This document shows, in pieces, positions 28,284-38,600 of a stretch of 64,000 nt of DNA. This stretch comes from Acidobacteriota bacterium (GTDB lineage Bacteria; Acidobacteriota; Thermoanaerobaculia; Multivoradales; J023): contig JAJCXR010000003.1 in assembly GCA_029263315.1 (NCBI GenBank), positions 64,615 to 128,614 of the forward strand, given 5' to 3'. A program made the position numbers and the translations under genes. The notes under the pieces were generated by a model that was given only the letters and a program-made list of their open reading frames with translations, searched no databases and was not told the origin of the DNA. Position 1 is the first letter of the stretch. Every line of letters begins with the position of its first letter.

Positions 28284-29090
28284 CTATTGCCGGTTCAACC
28301 CCTTGTCGTAGGGCATGATCTCGATGCGGTAGTCCTCGGGGATCTGCTGATCCGCCGGACGGTAGCGGTTGATGTAACCGATCACCGTCGGCGACTTGGT
28401 ACCCATGCCCCGCTCATGGGCTAGAAAGTCGTCTTTGTACCAGTCGTAGATCTTCGACAGGTGGACGGTGCGCGACGCGGTGTCGGCGCGAACATGCATG
28501 GGTGAGGTCGCAAACTCTGTGATGGCGGCGTCGAGCTGGGCTTCGAGGGCCTCTCCGGTGAAAGCCTGCTGCGGCAACCTCGGGCAGCTGATGGAGGCGC
28601 AGACCAACGCCGCATGGATGCGCGGATCCTCGAACTGCTCACGGATCAGCTTGTCTTCCAGGTGCTTCAAGCTCATTTTCTTGCCGTCGATGACGTATTT
28701 GCTGCCAACAAAGAAGGAGTAACCGGACCATAGGCTGCCCCAAACACTCTTTTGCTCGCCCCCACCATCGAGAACGCCTACGAAGGTATTGGCGTTGTAG
28801 GCGTTCAAGTAGTAGGCGAGACGATCGGCGCTGCTCGGGAAACGTTGCGGATCGGACATGGGCCCAGTCTCGCTCAGGGCGTTGACATAGCGTTCCAAGA
28901 GCTGCGGCTCTTTCTTCAGCTCGGTGTAACTGACCATGCCCCGTTCATCGACATGCTCGCTCAGCACCGTCGTCCAGTCATCATGGGAAAAACGGCTCAC
29001 GGTATCGTCTCCTAGGACACTTCCCGCCATCCAACCCAGAGCGATACAGGCCATTGAGGCGACTGCGGTCATGGGCACGGCCCGGCGCAT
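28284..29090 (-). CDS. DUF547-like protein with N-terminal signal/anchor
   Basis: The NAYNANT motif and a Cys in ASISCPRL resemble DUF547. Start uncertain (29090, 29072 or 29162). Confidence 0.45.
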   Translation of the reverse strand: MRRAVPMTAVASMACIALGWMAGSVLGDDTVSRFSHDDWTTVLSEHVDERGMVSYTELKKEPQLLERYVNALSETGPMSDPQRFPSSADRLAYYLNAYNANTFVGVLDGGGEQKSVWGSLWSGYSFFVGSKYVIDGKKMSLKHLEDKLIREQFEDPRIHAALVCASISCPRLPQQAFTGEALEAQLDAAITEFATSPMHVRADTASRTVHLSKIYDWYKDDFLAHERGMGTKSPTVIGYINRYRPADQQIPEDYRIEIMPYDKGLNRQ

Positions 29091-29249
29091 GGGCAAGGTC
29101 GACCGCAGGGTTTCTGCGGACAGACAACGATCAGCATTGCGGTAGATCATACGAAAGTGCACTCCATTTTCTAGGGTTAGGGTCGCACTTTACCTACGCA
29201 GCGTCCGGCGGGGCGGTTTTCCGTCCCGCCCCTAGCCACCGACCACGTC

Positions 29250-31070
29250 TCAGGCGCGGCGCAATCGACCGATGGCCAAGAAAGCCAAGCCAAAGGCCAA
29301 CAGCCACATGCCCCAGCGGCCCAAGGCGGGGATTTCCAGCGGCGACGCCGCCCCCTCGACCAAGGTCACCGCCAACTGGTTGGACGCCACCTCGATCTCC
29401 ACCGGGCCCCCCTGGGGTGTTTCCGTCCAGCCCTTGGTCACCGCCAGGGCGCGAAAGGCTCGGCGATAGAGCACCCGGGCCTCGACATCCACCACCTCAC
29501 CGGCGACCGTCCCAGGTGGCAGGGCGAAGCTCACCTCGGTGATGTCGACGCCACCGGAGGGGATGCCGGAATCTTCGTAAACCCCCTCCGCATCGATGAA
29601 CAGCACCGGCCGTACCACTTCCCCTTGACCGTTGATACGGCCTTCCAGAACCTTGGCGTAACCCTTGCCCGGGAACCCGGCGTAGTCCCCATCCTGCTGT
29701 CCCGGCACATCGTCGGAACCCCAAAACGGAATCTGCGGGCCCTCGACTTGCGCCAAGGGTTGCCCGTCGAGACTCGCTTCGATGACCAACATGGCGTTAC
29801 GAATCGACACTCCGGTGGGAAAGTTGTGGCCGCCGCCGTGGTTGCTGACCTCGGCGCGCACCCGCACCAAACCCATCGCATCGTCTGCCGAGGTGGTCAA
29901 GTCGATGGCTTCGGCCAGGGTGGTCGGTGTCGAGCCGATGAATTCATGGCTGTTCAGCTGCGCGGCGACCCGTTCGTCGGGACCACCCACTTTGCAGAAG
30001 ACGCCGTTCTCTTGCGGCGTCGGCATGTGACAGTCCTGACAGCTGCGGAAATTCTCGCCGGGGATGGCATAAGGGGACTCCGTCCACTCGACGTACGTAT
30101 CTTGACCCGGGGCGCCGGTGAAGGGATTCTGATACTGGTGACAGCTGGCGCAGATGCGCGATTCACGGAAGAACGGCGCATAGGAAGCGTTCATACCGGT
30201 GAACGGAACATCGTCCAGGGGACCCCAGGCATATTGGCTCGTGGCGCCGGGACCGTCCGGAAAGCGATAGGTCGAATTGCCCAAATGATGCAGGGCATTG
30301 ACGTCACCATCGGAGGAATCGATCTGGTGGCAGGCCACACAGTTGACCCCTTCCAGGGCGCCGCTCACCACCACTTCGTCGAGGAAGACATTGCCGGGAT
30401 CGAAGGCATCCGCCATCGGTGTGTGGCAGGTGGCGCAGAAGCCGGTGTCATCGGCGTCGTGGGTATCGCGGAAGACGTAGCCGTTGCCACCACCGGGCGT
30501 CCCGGTACCGCTGAAGAGGTCGAGGACCCAGGTATCCTGTCCAGCGAAGGAGTGATTGCTGGTCTGCCATTGGTCGCGCTGGGTGGTGTGGCAATTACCG
30601 CAGAAATTCGCCGACGGGATGTTGCTCTCGTAGTTGGGATCCTCGACCGTCGGCAGCTCCACCAGGCGGATCTGCACATCGGTGACATCATCCGTCGGTA
30701 CAAAGGTGCCACGGATGATGTAGTTGCTGGCCGCCGACCGGTCGTAGGTGAGCGCCGCGCTGACGTTGAAGGGGCCGGCGCCGGACACCGGCAAGACAAA
30801 CGAGCCGTCAGCACCGCTGATGACAGAGGTGTCCGGATCACCCTCGACCCGTACGATGGCTCCGGCAATGGGGGTGCCGGGGTCGCCGCTACCTTCCACC
30901 AGGACCCGGCCGGAGATATCCGCCTGGGCAGGGATGGCGAGCAGCAGCGAGGCCAGCAGGCCGGCGACCAGTAGGCAGCGAGCGAGACCGGCGGAACGGC
31001 TCGGGAACACGGAGCCGGCACTGTGCGGCTCCAACTCGGGACGAAAGGGGAAAGCATCAACCCAGCTCAT
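29250..31070 (-). CDS. Secreted multiheme (penta-heme) c-type cytochrome with N-terminal carboxypeptidase-regulatory-like domain and a C-terminal hydrophobic-plus-basic sorting-signal-like tail
   Basis: Five CxxCH motifs (CGNCH, CATCH, CVACH, CASCH, CQDCH). Signal peptide LLVAGLLASLLLAIPAQA. C-terminus …PLEIPALGRWGMWLLAFGLAFLAIGRLRRA. Start at 31070 or 31094. Confidence 0.75.
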   Translation of the reverse strand: MSWVDAFPFRPELEPHSAGSVFPSRSAGLARCLLVAGLLASLLLAIPAQADISGRVLVEGSGDPGTPIAGAIVRVEGDPDTSVISGADGSFVLPVSGAGPFNVSAALTYDRSAASNYIIRGTFVPTDDVTDVQIRLVELPTVEDPNYESNIPSANFCGNCHTTQRDQWQTSNHSFAGQDTWVLDLFSGTGTPGGGNGYVFRDTHDADDTGFCATCHTPMADAFDPGNVFLDEVVVSGALEGVNCVACHQIDSSDGDVNALHHLGNSTYRFPDGPGATSQYAWGPLDDVPFTGMNASYAPFFRESRICASCHQYQNPFTGAPGQDTYVEWTESPYAIPGENFRSCQDCHMPTPQENGVFCKVGGPDERVAAQLNSHEFIGSTPTTLAEAIDLTTSADDAMGLVRVRAEVSNHGGGHNFPTGVSIRNAMLVIEASLDGQPLAQVEGPQIPFWGSDDVPGQQDGDYAGFPGKGYAKVLEGRINGQGEVVRPVLFIDAEGVYEDSGIPSGGVDITEVSFALPPGTVAGEVVDVEARVLYRRAFRALAVTKGWTETPQGGPVEIEVASNQLAVTLVEGAASPLEIPALGRWGMWLLAFGLAFLAIGRLRRA

Positions 31071-31472
31071 GTTGAAAATCCTCTTGCAGAACATCTGGGG
31101 TGGGCGGAATCCGCTCAGCGATCTCTGGAGACATCTACTGCTGCGACATCTAGCGGCAGACCTGAAGCGTACCGTAAATAAGGGGCCTCAATGTATCACC
31201 ACAGGGCTGGCGACGCACCCGGGAGGCCGGCAGCAGGCAGATGAGCCACATCAGGCGACCACCGACGGACCAAACGATTATGGTATCGTAGGATATCTCA
31301 GGGGCCCAGAATCACCACCTTCAGGCCACTTCGAAAGACCATCCGCAGAATCTCACCATGACCCACCCTCGAGTCTTACGAAACCGGGTCGCCACAGGAA
31401 CAGCCAAAGACCGGGGGACCTCCTCCGGCCTACGCCAGAGCTCATCGGGCTCGCACCACCGACGGAGACACC

Positions 31473-34172
31473 ATGCGCCCATTCCTTTCCCGTTCTAGCC
31501 TCGGCCTGGCATTCTGCGGCCTGCTACTCTCACTGCCACAGGTCAGCTACGGCGCCCTATTTGTCCGCGTCGCCGACGACGATCTCGCCGATCAAGCCGC
31601 CCTGATCGTCGAAGCCAAGGTCTTGGCCAGTGACAACAAAGCGGCCATCGACCGTCCCGCCACCGATTACTTGATCAACGTCGAGCGACTCGTCGCCGGT
31701 CAGCTGCCAGGCTCTTCCCTGGTGGTGCGGGTGCCCGGCGGTATTGGCGCCGATGGCATGGAGCTGCACCTCTACGGCGCCCCCCGTCTGCCATTGGACG
31801 ACAACGTCTTACTTTTCCTCACTCCGCGCCCCGACGGCACCTACGCCGTGCTGCACTTCATGCAGGGTTTCTTCCGCATTTCCGAAGTGGACGGCGAGAA
31901 AATCGCCTGGCGCAGCTTCGAGGATTCCACCGAGTTGGTGGGACAAAAAACGCTGCATCCGGAAGCGCCGCGCCACTTGGAACGCTTCAGCCAGTGGCTG
32001 ATTGAGCACAAGTCCGGCAACCCACAGCCGGCCGACTATTGGCTGACCACCGACATCGGCCCCTTGGCCGACAAGTTCAATTTCATCACCAGCGGCAGCA
32101 ACGGCCGGCGCTTCCGCTGGCAGGCGTTCGATGGCGGCGGCAGTGTCCGCTGGAGCGCCCACCAAGGAGGGCAAGCCGGCTTGACGGGGGGCGGCTTTGC
32201 CGAATTCCAGATCGCCCTGGCCGCCTGGACCAACGAGTCGTCAACGCCGGTGCGCTACTTCTACGGCGGCCAAACCTCCGCCTCCGCCGGTCTCCAAAGC
32301 TTCGACAGCATCAACGCCATTCTCTTCGGCGATCCCAATGGCAATTTCGACACCCCCTTCCGGTGCCCGGGGGGCGGCACGCTGGCCGCCGGCGGCCCCT
32401 GGTCCGACCTCTCCCCGACCACCTTCAACGGCGTCGTCTACAACATCATCGCCGGCGGCGACATCGTCACCAACAAAGGCATCGAGTGCGCCATCGGACG
32501 CACCGGCTATGCCGAAGAGGTGTTCGCCCACGAGCTCGGCCACACCTTGGGTTTAGGCCATTCCTGCGGCGACCAGGAATCGGGAGGCTGTAGCCCCGGC
32601 AGCGTCACCGATGAAGCCCTGATGCGGGCCAACGCCCACGCCGACTTTCGCGGCGCCAGCCTCAACAGCGATGATCGGGCCGGGCTGCGGGTGCTCTATG
32701 AGCTCACCGCCCCCTCGACCCCGTCCCGACCCAACAACCTGCAGGCCAACCCCACCGGCCCCGGAAGTGTCGTGCTGACCTGGGCCGATGCGTCCAACAA
32801 CGAAACGTCCTTCGAGATCGACCGCAAGATCGACGACGCGGACTTCGAGCCCATCGTACAGCTGCCGGCCAATACCGAGATCTACACCGATCTCGGGGCC
32901 AGCTCGGGTCGGGTCCACACCTATCGCGTGCGCTCCCGCAACGCCGCCGGTCCCTCTCTGTGGTCCAACACCAACCTAGCGGTGCCTCCCGGTGAATTTG
33001 CCCCCAGCGACTTGCTAGCCCGCACTCGCTCCACCGATACCATCGACCTCACCTGGGTGGACAACGGGTTCACCGAATTCGGCCAGCAGGTCGAGATCTC
33101 GACCGACGCCGGTCTGACCTTCGAGGTCTTGGCCCAGCTTCCCGCCGACTCCACCGGCTACACGGCCAGCGACCTGGAATTGGGAACCGACTACACGTTC
33201 CAGGTCAAAAATACCGGCGGTATCGGGGACTCGTCCTACTCCAACTTGGCCAACGCCACCACCTTCCTACAAGAAGCGGCCCTATGCGTCCAGAGCGCCA
33301 ATCACTTCTGCCTCGGTGAGCAACGGTTCCGCGTCGAGGTGGAATATCGCGACTTCGACGATAACACCGGATTGGCGACCCGCGTCGACTTGGGCTCCAT
33401 CGCCCCGGCGGATTCCGGCCTCTACTATTTCTTCAACGAGGACAACTGGGAATTTTTGGTCAAAGTGCTCGACGGTTGTGGGGTGACCGACCGCTTCTGG
33501 GTCTTCGCCGCCGCCACCACCAACATCGAGTACACCCTGCGGGTCACCGACGCCTGGAGCGGCTTGACGCAGGAATACTTCAATCCCCTCGGCACCTCCG
33601 CCGCCGCCATCACCGATACCGAAGCCATCGCCTCGTGTGGCGCCGCGCCACCGGAGCTGGGGGATGATGCCCTCCTGGGCCCTGGCTTCGAAGGAGTTGA
33701 CGCCAAGGTCGCCCTGGCCGAATCGGTGGACGCCTTCTACCAACAGTGGCAGCAGCGCTTGGACTCCGACATGGGGACCAAGGCCGCCGGTGACCGTGTC
33801 GCCGGTGACAAGACCGGCCCCTGCCTCCCCAGCGCCACCAACCATTGCTTGAGCAACGGTCGCTTCCATGTGGAGGTGGAGTGGCGGGACTTCGTCGACG
33901 ACGGCGGTTTGGCCCAGACCGTGCCCTTGGAGTCCGAGGATTCTGGACTTTTCTACTTCTTCAACGCCGACAACTGGGAGATGTTGGTCAAGGTGATCGA
34001 CGGCTGCACCTTCAATGATCGCTACTGGGTGTTCTCCGCCGCCACCACCAACATCGAATACACCCTGCGGGTCACCGACACGCAGAGCGGCACCGTCCGG
34101 GAGTTCACCAACCCCTTGGGGACCTCCGCCGATGCCTTGACCAATACCTCGGCCTTCGCCACCTGTCCGTAG
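31473..34172 (+). CDS. Secreted zinc metalloprotease (metzincin, M10/serralysin-matrixin-like HExxHxxGxxH) with two FN3 domains and two C-terminal roughly 110-aa four-Cys repeat domains
   Basis: Signal peptide. HELGHTLGLGHS zinc motif. FN3-like segments (NNLQANPTGPGSVVLTWADASNNETSFEIDRK; SDLLARTRSTDTIDLTWVDNG). Duplicated domain C…RF(R/H)VEVE(Y/W)RDF…GL(Y/F)YFFN(E/A)DNWE…VKV(L/I)DGC…RYWVF(A/S)AATTNIEYTLRVTD…. Confidence 0.7.
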   Translation: MRPFLSRSSLGLAFCGLLLSLPQVSYGALFVRVADDDLADQAALIVEAKVLASDNKAAIDRPATDYLINVERLVAGQLPGSSLVVRVPGGIGADGMELHLYGAPRLPLDDNVLLFLTPRPDGTYAVLHFMQGFFRISEVDGEKIAWRSFEDSTELVGQKTLHPEAPRHLERFSQWLIEHKSGNPQPADYWLTTDIGPLADKFNFITSGSNGRRFRWQAFDGGGSVRWSAHQGGQAGLTGGGFAEFQIALAAWTNESSTPVRYFYGGQTSASAGLQSFDSINAILFGDPNGNFDTPFRCPGGGTLAAGGPWSDLSPTTFNGVVYNIIAGGDIVTNKGIECAIGRTGYAEEVFAHELGHTLGLGHSCGDQESGGCSPGSVTDEALMRANAHADFRGASLNSDDRAGLRVLYELTAPSTPSRPNNLQANPTGPGSVVLTWADASNNETSFEIDRKIDDADFEPIVQLPANTEIYTDLGASSGRVHTYRVRSRNAAGPSLWSNTNLAVPPGEFAPSDLLARTRSTDTIDLTWVDNGFTEFGQQVEISTDAGLTFEVLAQLPADSTGYTASDLELGTDYTFQVKNTGGIGDSSYSNLANATTFLQEAALCVQSANHFCLGEQRFRVEVEYRDFDDNTGLATRVDLGSIAPADSGLYYFFNEDNWEFLVKVLDGCGVTDRFWVFAAATTNIEYTLRVTDAWSGLTQEYFNPLGTSAAAITDTEAIASCGAAPPELGDDALLGPGFEGVDAKVALAESVDAFYQQWQQRLDSDMGTKAAGDRVAGDKTGPCLPSATNHCLSNGRFHVEVEWRDFVDDGGLAQTVPLESEDSGLFYFFNADNWEMLVKVIDGCTFNDRYWVFSAATTNIEYTLRVTDTQSGTVREFTNPLGTSADALTNTSAFATCP

Positions 34173-34218
34173 GGGCGGAGGTTCCCGCCAGGTCGATGGC
34201 CTGGCGGGGCCAGCCTCC

Positions 34219-37200
34219 CTAGCCCTCCTCCACCCGATACCTCGACCCCTCCGGGTGCTTCGACACCATCACCCGCCAGGGCAAGCGCTCGGTGAGCTCC
34301 GGCAGGTGGGTGATGATGCCCACCATGCGGCCACCGTGGGGTAGGGCTTCGATGGCCCCGGCGACGGTTTCGAGGGTCTCCGGATCGAGGGTGCCGAAAC
34401 CTTCGTCGATGAACAGGCTCTCGACGGTGATGGCGCCGGCTTCCCGCTGCACTTGCTCGCAGAGCTCGAGGGCCAGGGCCAGGGAGGCGAGGAAGGTCTC
34501 ACCGCCGCTCAAGGTATCGGCGCTGCGGCGCTGGCTGGCGTTGTCGTGGTCGACGACGACAAAGGTGCCCTCTTCGAAGGCCAGCTCGTAGCGCTGCTGG
34601 CTGAGGATCAACAGCCGTTGGGTGGCGCCACGCACCAAGTCATCAAAGACTTTTTCCAGCAGGAAAGCTTGGAACCTTTGCCCGGCCAGCTCCCGCTGGA
34701 GCTCTTGGTAGGCCCGCAGATCCCGACGCACGTCCACCAGCTCACTGGACAGCTCACCGCGACGGCGGTGCCGCCGCTCAACGTCAGCCAAGCTCACTCC
34801 GAGCCGCGCCAAGGCGTCCCGTCCCTGGCGCTCGACCTCCTCTAAGCGTTCCACCTCCGACTCCTGGGACGCCAGCTCCCGGGCCGACATCGGAGTGCCG
34901 CCGAGGCTGTCCTGGAGCTCCTTCAAACGCTGATCGAGACTTTCGACCTCCCGCTCATAGCGCCGCTGATCGGTCTCCAGCTCCGCCCGGGTGGTTTCGT
35001 CCACCACGGCGTCTCGGACCGCCTCCGGGGATTGAAATCCCGCTTCGTCGAGGCTCCGTTGCACTTCGGTTTGCAGGGCTTCGAGCTGCGCCTCGGCTTG
35101 CTGTGAGGCTTCTTCTGTTTGTCGATGCTGCTGCTCAGCGGCGGCCAACTCGACGGCCGAACGCCGCTCGGTGTCGGCAGCCGATCTCTGAGCTCTCTGC
35201 AAGGCAGCGAGGCGCGCCTCCACCTGACGTCGGAGCTCTTCGGGATCCTCTTCCGAGCTGACCTCGGGGAAACGCTCCTGCATGGCCTCCAACTGCCGCT
35301 GCGCCGCCTGCAGGCGACGATCCAGCTCTTTCAGCAACTCCCGTAAAACCTGGGCTTCGTCGTCGAGCCGTTCCCGTTGTCTATCCACTTCCTGCAACCG
35401 ATGCTGCTGACGATGCACCTGCTCGTTGATTTCGCGGAAACGTTGGCGGCGCTCGGCCATGCCCTCCGCCGCTTGCAGCACCCGTTCCTCGATGGTGGCT
35501 TTCGGGTCGCCCTCCAGGTCATCCGCCAGGGCGATTTGAAGGTCCGCCGCCAGGCGGCCCACCTCTTCGGCCATGGCCGAGGCTCGAGCCGTGGATCGTC
35601 GCCGGCTCTCCCGACGCTCGACGGCCGCCGCATCCATCTCGGCCAAACGCCGCTCGGCGACGGCCAACCGGCCGGTCGCCGCCTCAAGCTCCTGCGCCGT
35701 CGCATCACATCGGGCCCGCAACGGGGTCAAGCTGTGGTGCGCTTCCGCCGACGGTTGCGGTAATTCGACGATCGACTGCTCGCACACCGGGCAAGGGGCG
35801 CCGGGCTCGAGCCCATGCCGCAGGATGCTCGCTTGATGCGCCTGCTCGGCGTGTTGCAACGCAGCCTGCGCCGCCTGATGCCCCCCTTGGCAGCGTAGCT
35901 GAGTCGCCTGCGCCGCCTCGACGGCTTGGGCCGCTGCCGCCTGCGAGGCGGTGACTTCATCGAGGGCAAGGCGCGCCGTCTCTTCCTGGGCTGCCAGCTT
36001 CGTCATCTCCTGGCGTAGGTGCTGCAGGCGAAGCGCCGTGTCGCGGACCGCATCGAGCCGCTGCTCGAGCTCGGCGTCGTAGCCCAGCTCCTGCAATTCT
36101 TCTTGGCTGCCGGCCAGATCATCGGCAGCGGTCTGTCGACGCCCCGCCGCGGCTTCTCCCTGATGCTCCAGGGCTTGCAACTTGGCCCACTTGGCGATGT
36201 GCTGCGCTGCCAAGGTTTCGAGATCGTGCAGCACTTTTTGCCGCGGCTCGATCCACTCCAACCAGCGATCCAGTCGTTGCCCCTCCGCCTGGAGCGCCGC
36301 CATCTCCTCCCCCCGGGCCTCACTCTCCGCCATGCCTTCCCTGGCTTGCCGATGGGCCCCTCGGGCAGCCCGCCAGGCGATTTCAGCCGACTCCGCCGCC
36401 TGCAGCAATTGTTGACGGCGCTCCGTCTCGTCGCGCCAGCGGTCGAGCAAGGGCACCAAGGGCAGAGCTCGCTGCGCCTCCTGCAACCGCCGGGCCGCCG
36501 CTTGACGACTCGGCATCTGCGTCTCCAACTCCCGACGACGGCTCGACTTGACCTCCAGCTCGTCGCTCTGGCGCCGCCGCTGGCGGGCCGATTCCAAACC
36601 TTGACGGGCCACCACCAGGGCCGCGGCATCCTCCTCCAGACGTTCTCGGACAATGGTCATCTGCTGCCGAAGCTCGTCTAATCGTTCGGCGGTGGCGGCG
36701 GCATAGTCCTCCGTGAAGCGTCGCTCCACTTCTTCCAGGCGCGCTTCGAGACGTTGGCCTCGACGGCGCGCCATGGCCCGCATGTCTTCGTAGATATCGA
36801 GCCGCAACAGCTTGCGCAGGATCTCCCGTTGCTTGCTGGCCGGACTCTTGAGGAAGGCGGCGAAGTCGCCCTGGGGAAGGATGACGGCACGCACAAAGGT
36901 GTCGTAGTCGAGGCCCAAAAGCGCCTGCACTTGGCGATCCGTCTGGCGCACGCCGTCGCTCAGGGAGCTGTACATGCCATCCACTCGCTCTTCCAGCTGG
37001 GCGCTGGTGGAGCGCCCCCGATGCAGAGCGCGAAAGACCCGGAATTCCCGCTCCGCCAGACGGAAATCGAGGCTGACGGCGGCCCGTGAGGCGCCGAGGG
37101 AGATGAGCTCGGACAGCCCTTGCCGCAGCCGTGGCACCTTGCCGAAGAGGGCAAAGATCATGGCGTCCAAGAGGCTCGATTTGCCGGACCCGGTGGGACC

Positions 37201-37296
37201 GGAAATGGCGAAGAGATCGAGACCCTCCAAATCGAGGGGCTCCTGGCGTTCCTTGAAACAGGTGAAACCTTCCAAGGTCAGGCGCAAGGGACGCAT
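34219..37296 (-). CDS. sbcC: Double-strand break repair ATPase SbcC (Rad50 family)
   Basis: N-terminal Walker A ISGPTGSGKSSLLDA. Very long coiled-coil. Zinc hook CPVC. C-terminal signature LSGGE and D-loop LFIDEGFGTLD. Start at ATG 37296-37294, which overlaps the sbcD stop by 1 nt (TAATG). Confidence 0.85.
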   Translation of the reverse strand: MRPLRLTLEGFTCFKERQEPLDLEGLDLFAISGPTGSGKSSLLDAMIFALFGKVPRLRQGLSELISLGASRAAVSLDFRLAEREFRVFRALHRGRSTSAQLEERVDGMYSSLSDGVRQTDRQVQALLGLDYDTFVRAVILPQGDFAAFLKSPASKQREILRKLLRLDIYEDMRAMARRRGQRLEARLEEVERRFTEDYAAATAERLDELRQQMTIVRERLEEDAAALVVARQGLESARQRRRQSDELEVKSSRRRELETQMPSRQAAARRLQEAQRALPLVPLLDRWRDETERRQQLLQAAESAEIAWRAARGAHRQAREGMAESEARGEEMAALQAEGQRLDRWLEWIEPRQKVLHDLETLAAQHIAKWAKLQALEHQGEAAAGRRQTAADDLAGSQEELQELGYDAELEQRLDAVRDTALRLQHLRQEMTKLAAQEETARLALDEVTASQAAAAQAVEAAQATQLRCQGGHQAAQAALQHAEQAHQASILRHGLEPGAPCPVCEQSIVELPQPSAEAHHSLTPLRARCDATAQELEAATGRLAVAERRLAEMDAAAVERRESRRRSTARASAMAEEVGRLAADLQIALADDLEGDPKATIEERVLQAAEGMAERRQRFREINEQVHRQQHRLQEVDRQRERLDDEAQVLRELLKELDRRLQAAQRQLEAMQERFPEVSSEEDPEELRRQVEARLAALQRAQRSAADTERRSAVELAAAEQQHRQTEEASQQAEAQLEALQTEVQRSLDEAGFQSPEAVRDAVVDETTRAELETDQRRYEREVESLDQRLKELQDSLGGTPMSARELASQESEVERLEEVERQGRDALARLGVSLADVERRHRRRGELSSELVDVRRDLRAYQELQRELAGQRFQAFLLEKVFDDLVRGATQRLLILSQQRYELAFEEGTFVVVDHDNASQRRSADTLSGGETFLASLALALELCEQVQREAGAITVESLFIDEGFGTLDPETLETVAGAIEALPHGGRMVGIITHLPELTERLPWRVMVSKHPEGSRYRVEEG

Positions 37297-38534
37297 TAGA
37301 GGCCGCCGCTCTTGGTGTAGAGCTGCTGGAAGAGCTCGATCAGATGATCGTCCGGCGAACGACCATGTCGGCGTCGATAGAAGGCGGAGAAGATATCTGA
37401 GGCCGAAGCGCCGGCCGCCATGAGCGCCGCCGAGGCGGTGTCGTCCTGCCCCGAGGGCTCGGCCTCCGGTAGCTGCAATCGCACCACCACCGCATTGGGC
37501 AATAACCGACGCACGCGGCTCGCCACCTCGGGATCGGGGCTGTCGAGGGGAATGGTCAGACGCAACCATCCAGCGGTCGCCAAGGTATCGGCCTGCGCTT
37601 CGATCTGTTGCAAAGTGGCCAGGTGATCGATCAGCGGTGTCGCCCCTTGGTAGGGAACCGTCTCGACCCGCGCCGCGCCGCCGGGCTCCACTTCGACGAC
37701 GACAAAGCTCTTGGTTTCCTCGGCTTCGCCAAAATCGAGCTGTAGAGCCGAGCCGGCGTAGTACGCCTCGGTGGCCACGGCGTCGAGCCGCTGGGGCCTA
37801 TGGACATGCCCCATGGCGACATATTGGGCGCTGCTGGGCAAGGTCGCCGGTGCCAGTGCCCAATCCTCCCCCACATGGACCCGGCGCTCGGAATTGGACA
37901 GGGCGCAGCCGCCGACGAAGGCATGGGCAGTGAGCAGGTTGACCGTATCGGGACGGAAAGTGGTGGCCAACTGGGCGATGAGCAGCCCCATGCGATCGGG
38001 GTAGGACTTGCTGCGCGCAAGGTCCTCGTCGTCGAAGCGCTCCAGGGCGCTCACCAGTTGGCGTGGACCGGCGAAGGGTATCGCCGCAATCGTCGCCCGC
38101 TGCCCGTTCTTGGCCAGGAGATCCAGCACGCCGCCGCGGGCGGAAGCGCCGGGCCGGGACGCTCCCGGCCGGGCCGCGCCAGGCCGGGCCACTCCCGGCC
38201 GGGCCGCGCCAGGCCGGGCCACCACATGGCAGTCGACCAACTCGCTGAGCAGACCCCAGGCTGCCAGGCGAGCCGGGCTGTCGTGGTTGCCGGCGATCAC
38301 CAGGCTGGGGACCCCGGCCTGTCCCACCGCCTTGAAAAATCGAAATACTAGACTTTCCGCCTCCGCCGAAGGCGAGGGCGTGTCGAAGACGTCACCGCTG
38401 TGGATCAGCAGATCGATGTCGTGACGGCGCACGAAGTCCGTCAGGTGATCGAGCACCCGCCCGAGCTCGTCGAGGCGTTTCTTGCCTTTCCACACCTTGC
38501 CGGCGTGCCAATCGCTGGTGTGAAGAATGCGCAT
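37296..38534 (-). CDS. sbcD: Exonuclease SbcD (Mre11-family calcineurin-like phosphoesterase)
   Basis: MRILHTSDWHAG…GDVFD…GNHD…HAF…GHVH motifs. Contains an (ARPGA)n insertion from a tandem DNA repeat. Confidence 0.85.
   Translation of the reverse strand: MRILHTSDWHAGKVWKGKKRLDELGRVLDHLTDFVRRHDIDLLIHSGDVFDTPSPSAEAESLVFRFFKAVGQAGVPSLVIAGNHDSPARLAAWGLLSELVDCHVVARPGAARPGVARPGAARPGASRPGASARGGVLDLLAKNGQRATIAAIPFAGPRQLVSALERFDDEDLARSKSYPDRMGLLIAQLATTFRPDTVNLLTAHAFVGGCALSNSERRVHVGEDWALAPATLPSSAQYVAMGHVHRPQRLDAVATEAYYAGSALQLDFGEAEETKSFVVVEVEPGGAARVETVPYQGATPLIDHLATLQQIEAQADTLATAGWLRLTIPLDSPDPEVASRVRRLLPNAVVVRLQLPEAEPSGQDDTASAALMAAGASASDIFSAFYRRRHGRSPDDHLIELFQQLYTKSGGL
38147..38222 (-). repeat. In-frame 15/30-bp tandem repeat inside sbcD, encoding ARPGAARPGVARPGAARPGASRPGAS
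   Basis: cgctcccggccgggccgcgccaggccgggc / cactcccggccgggccgcgccaggccgggc, with degenerate flanking copies. Confidence 0.8.
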
Positions 38535-38600
38535 TCAGGTAGATGGAGTGGATCTGTAGCCCGGCGGCTGGGCCGGGTTTCTCTTTACCGCAACCGACGA

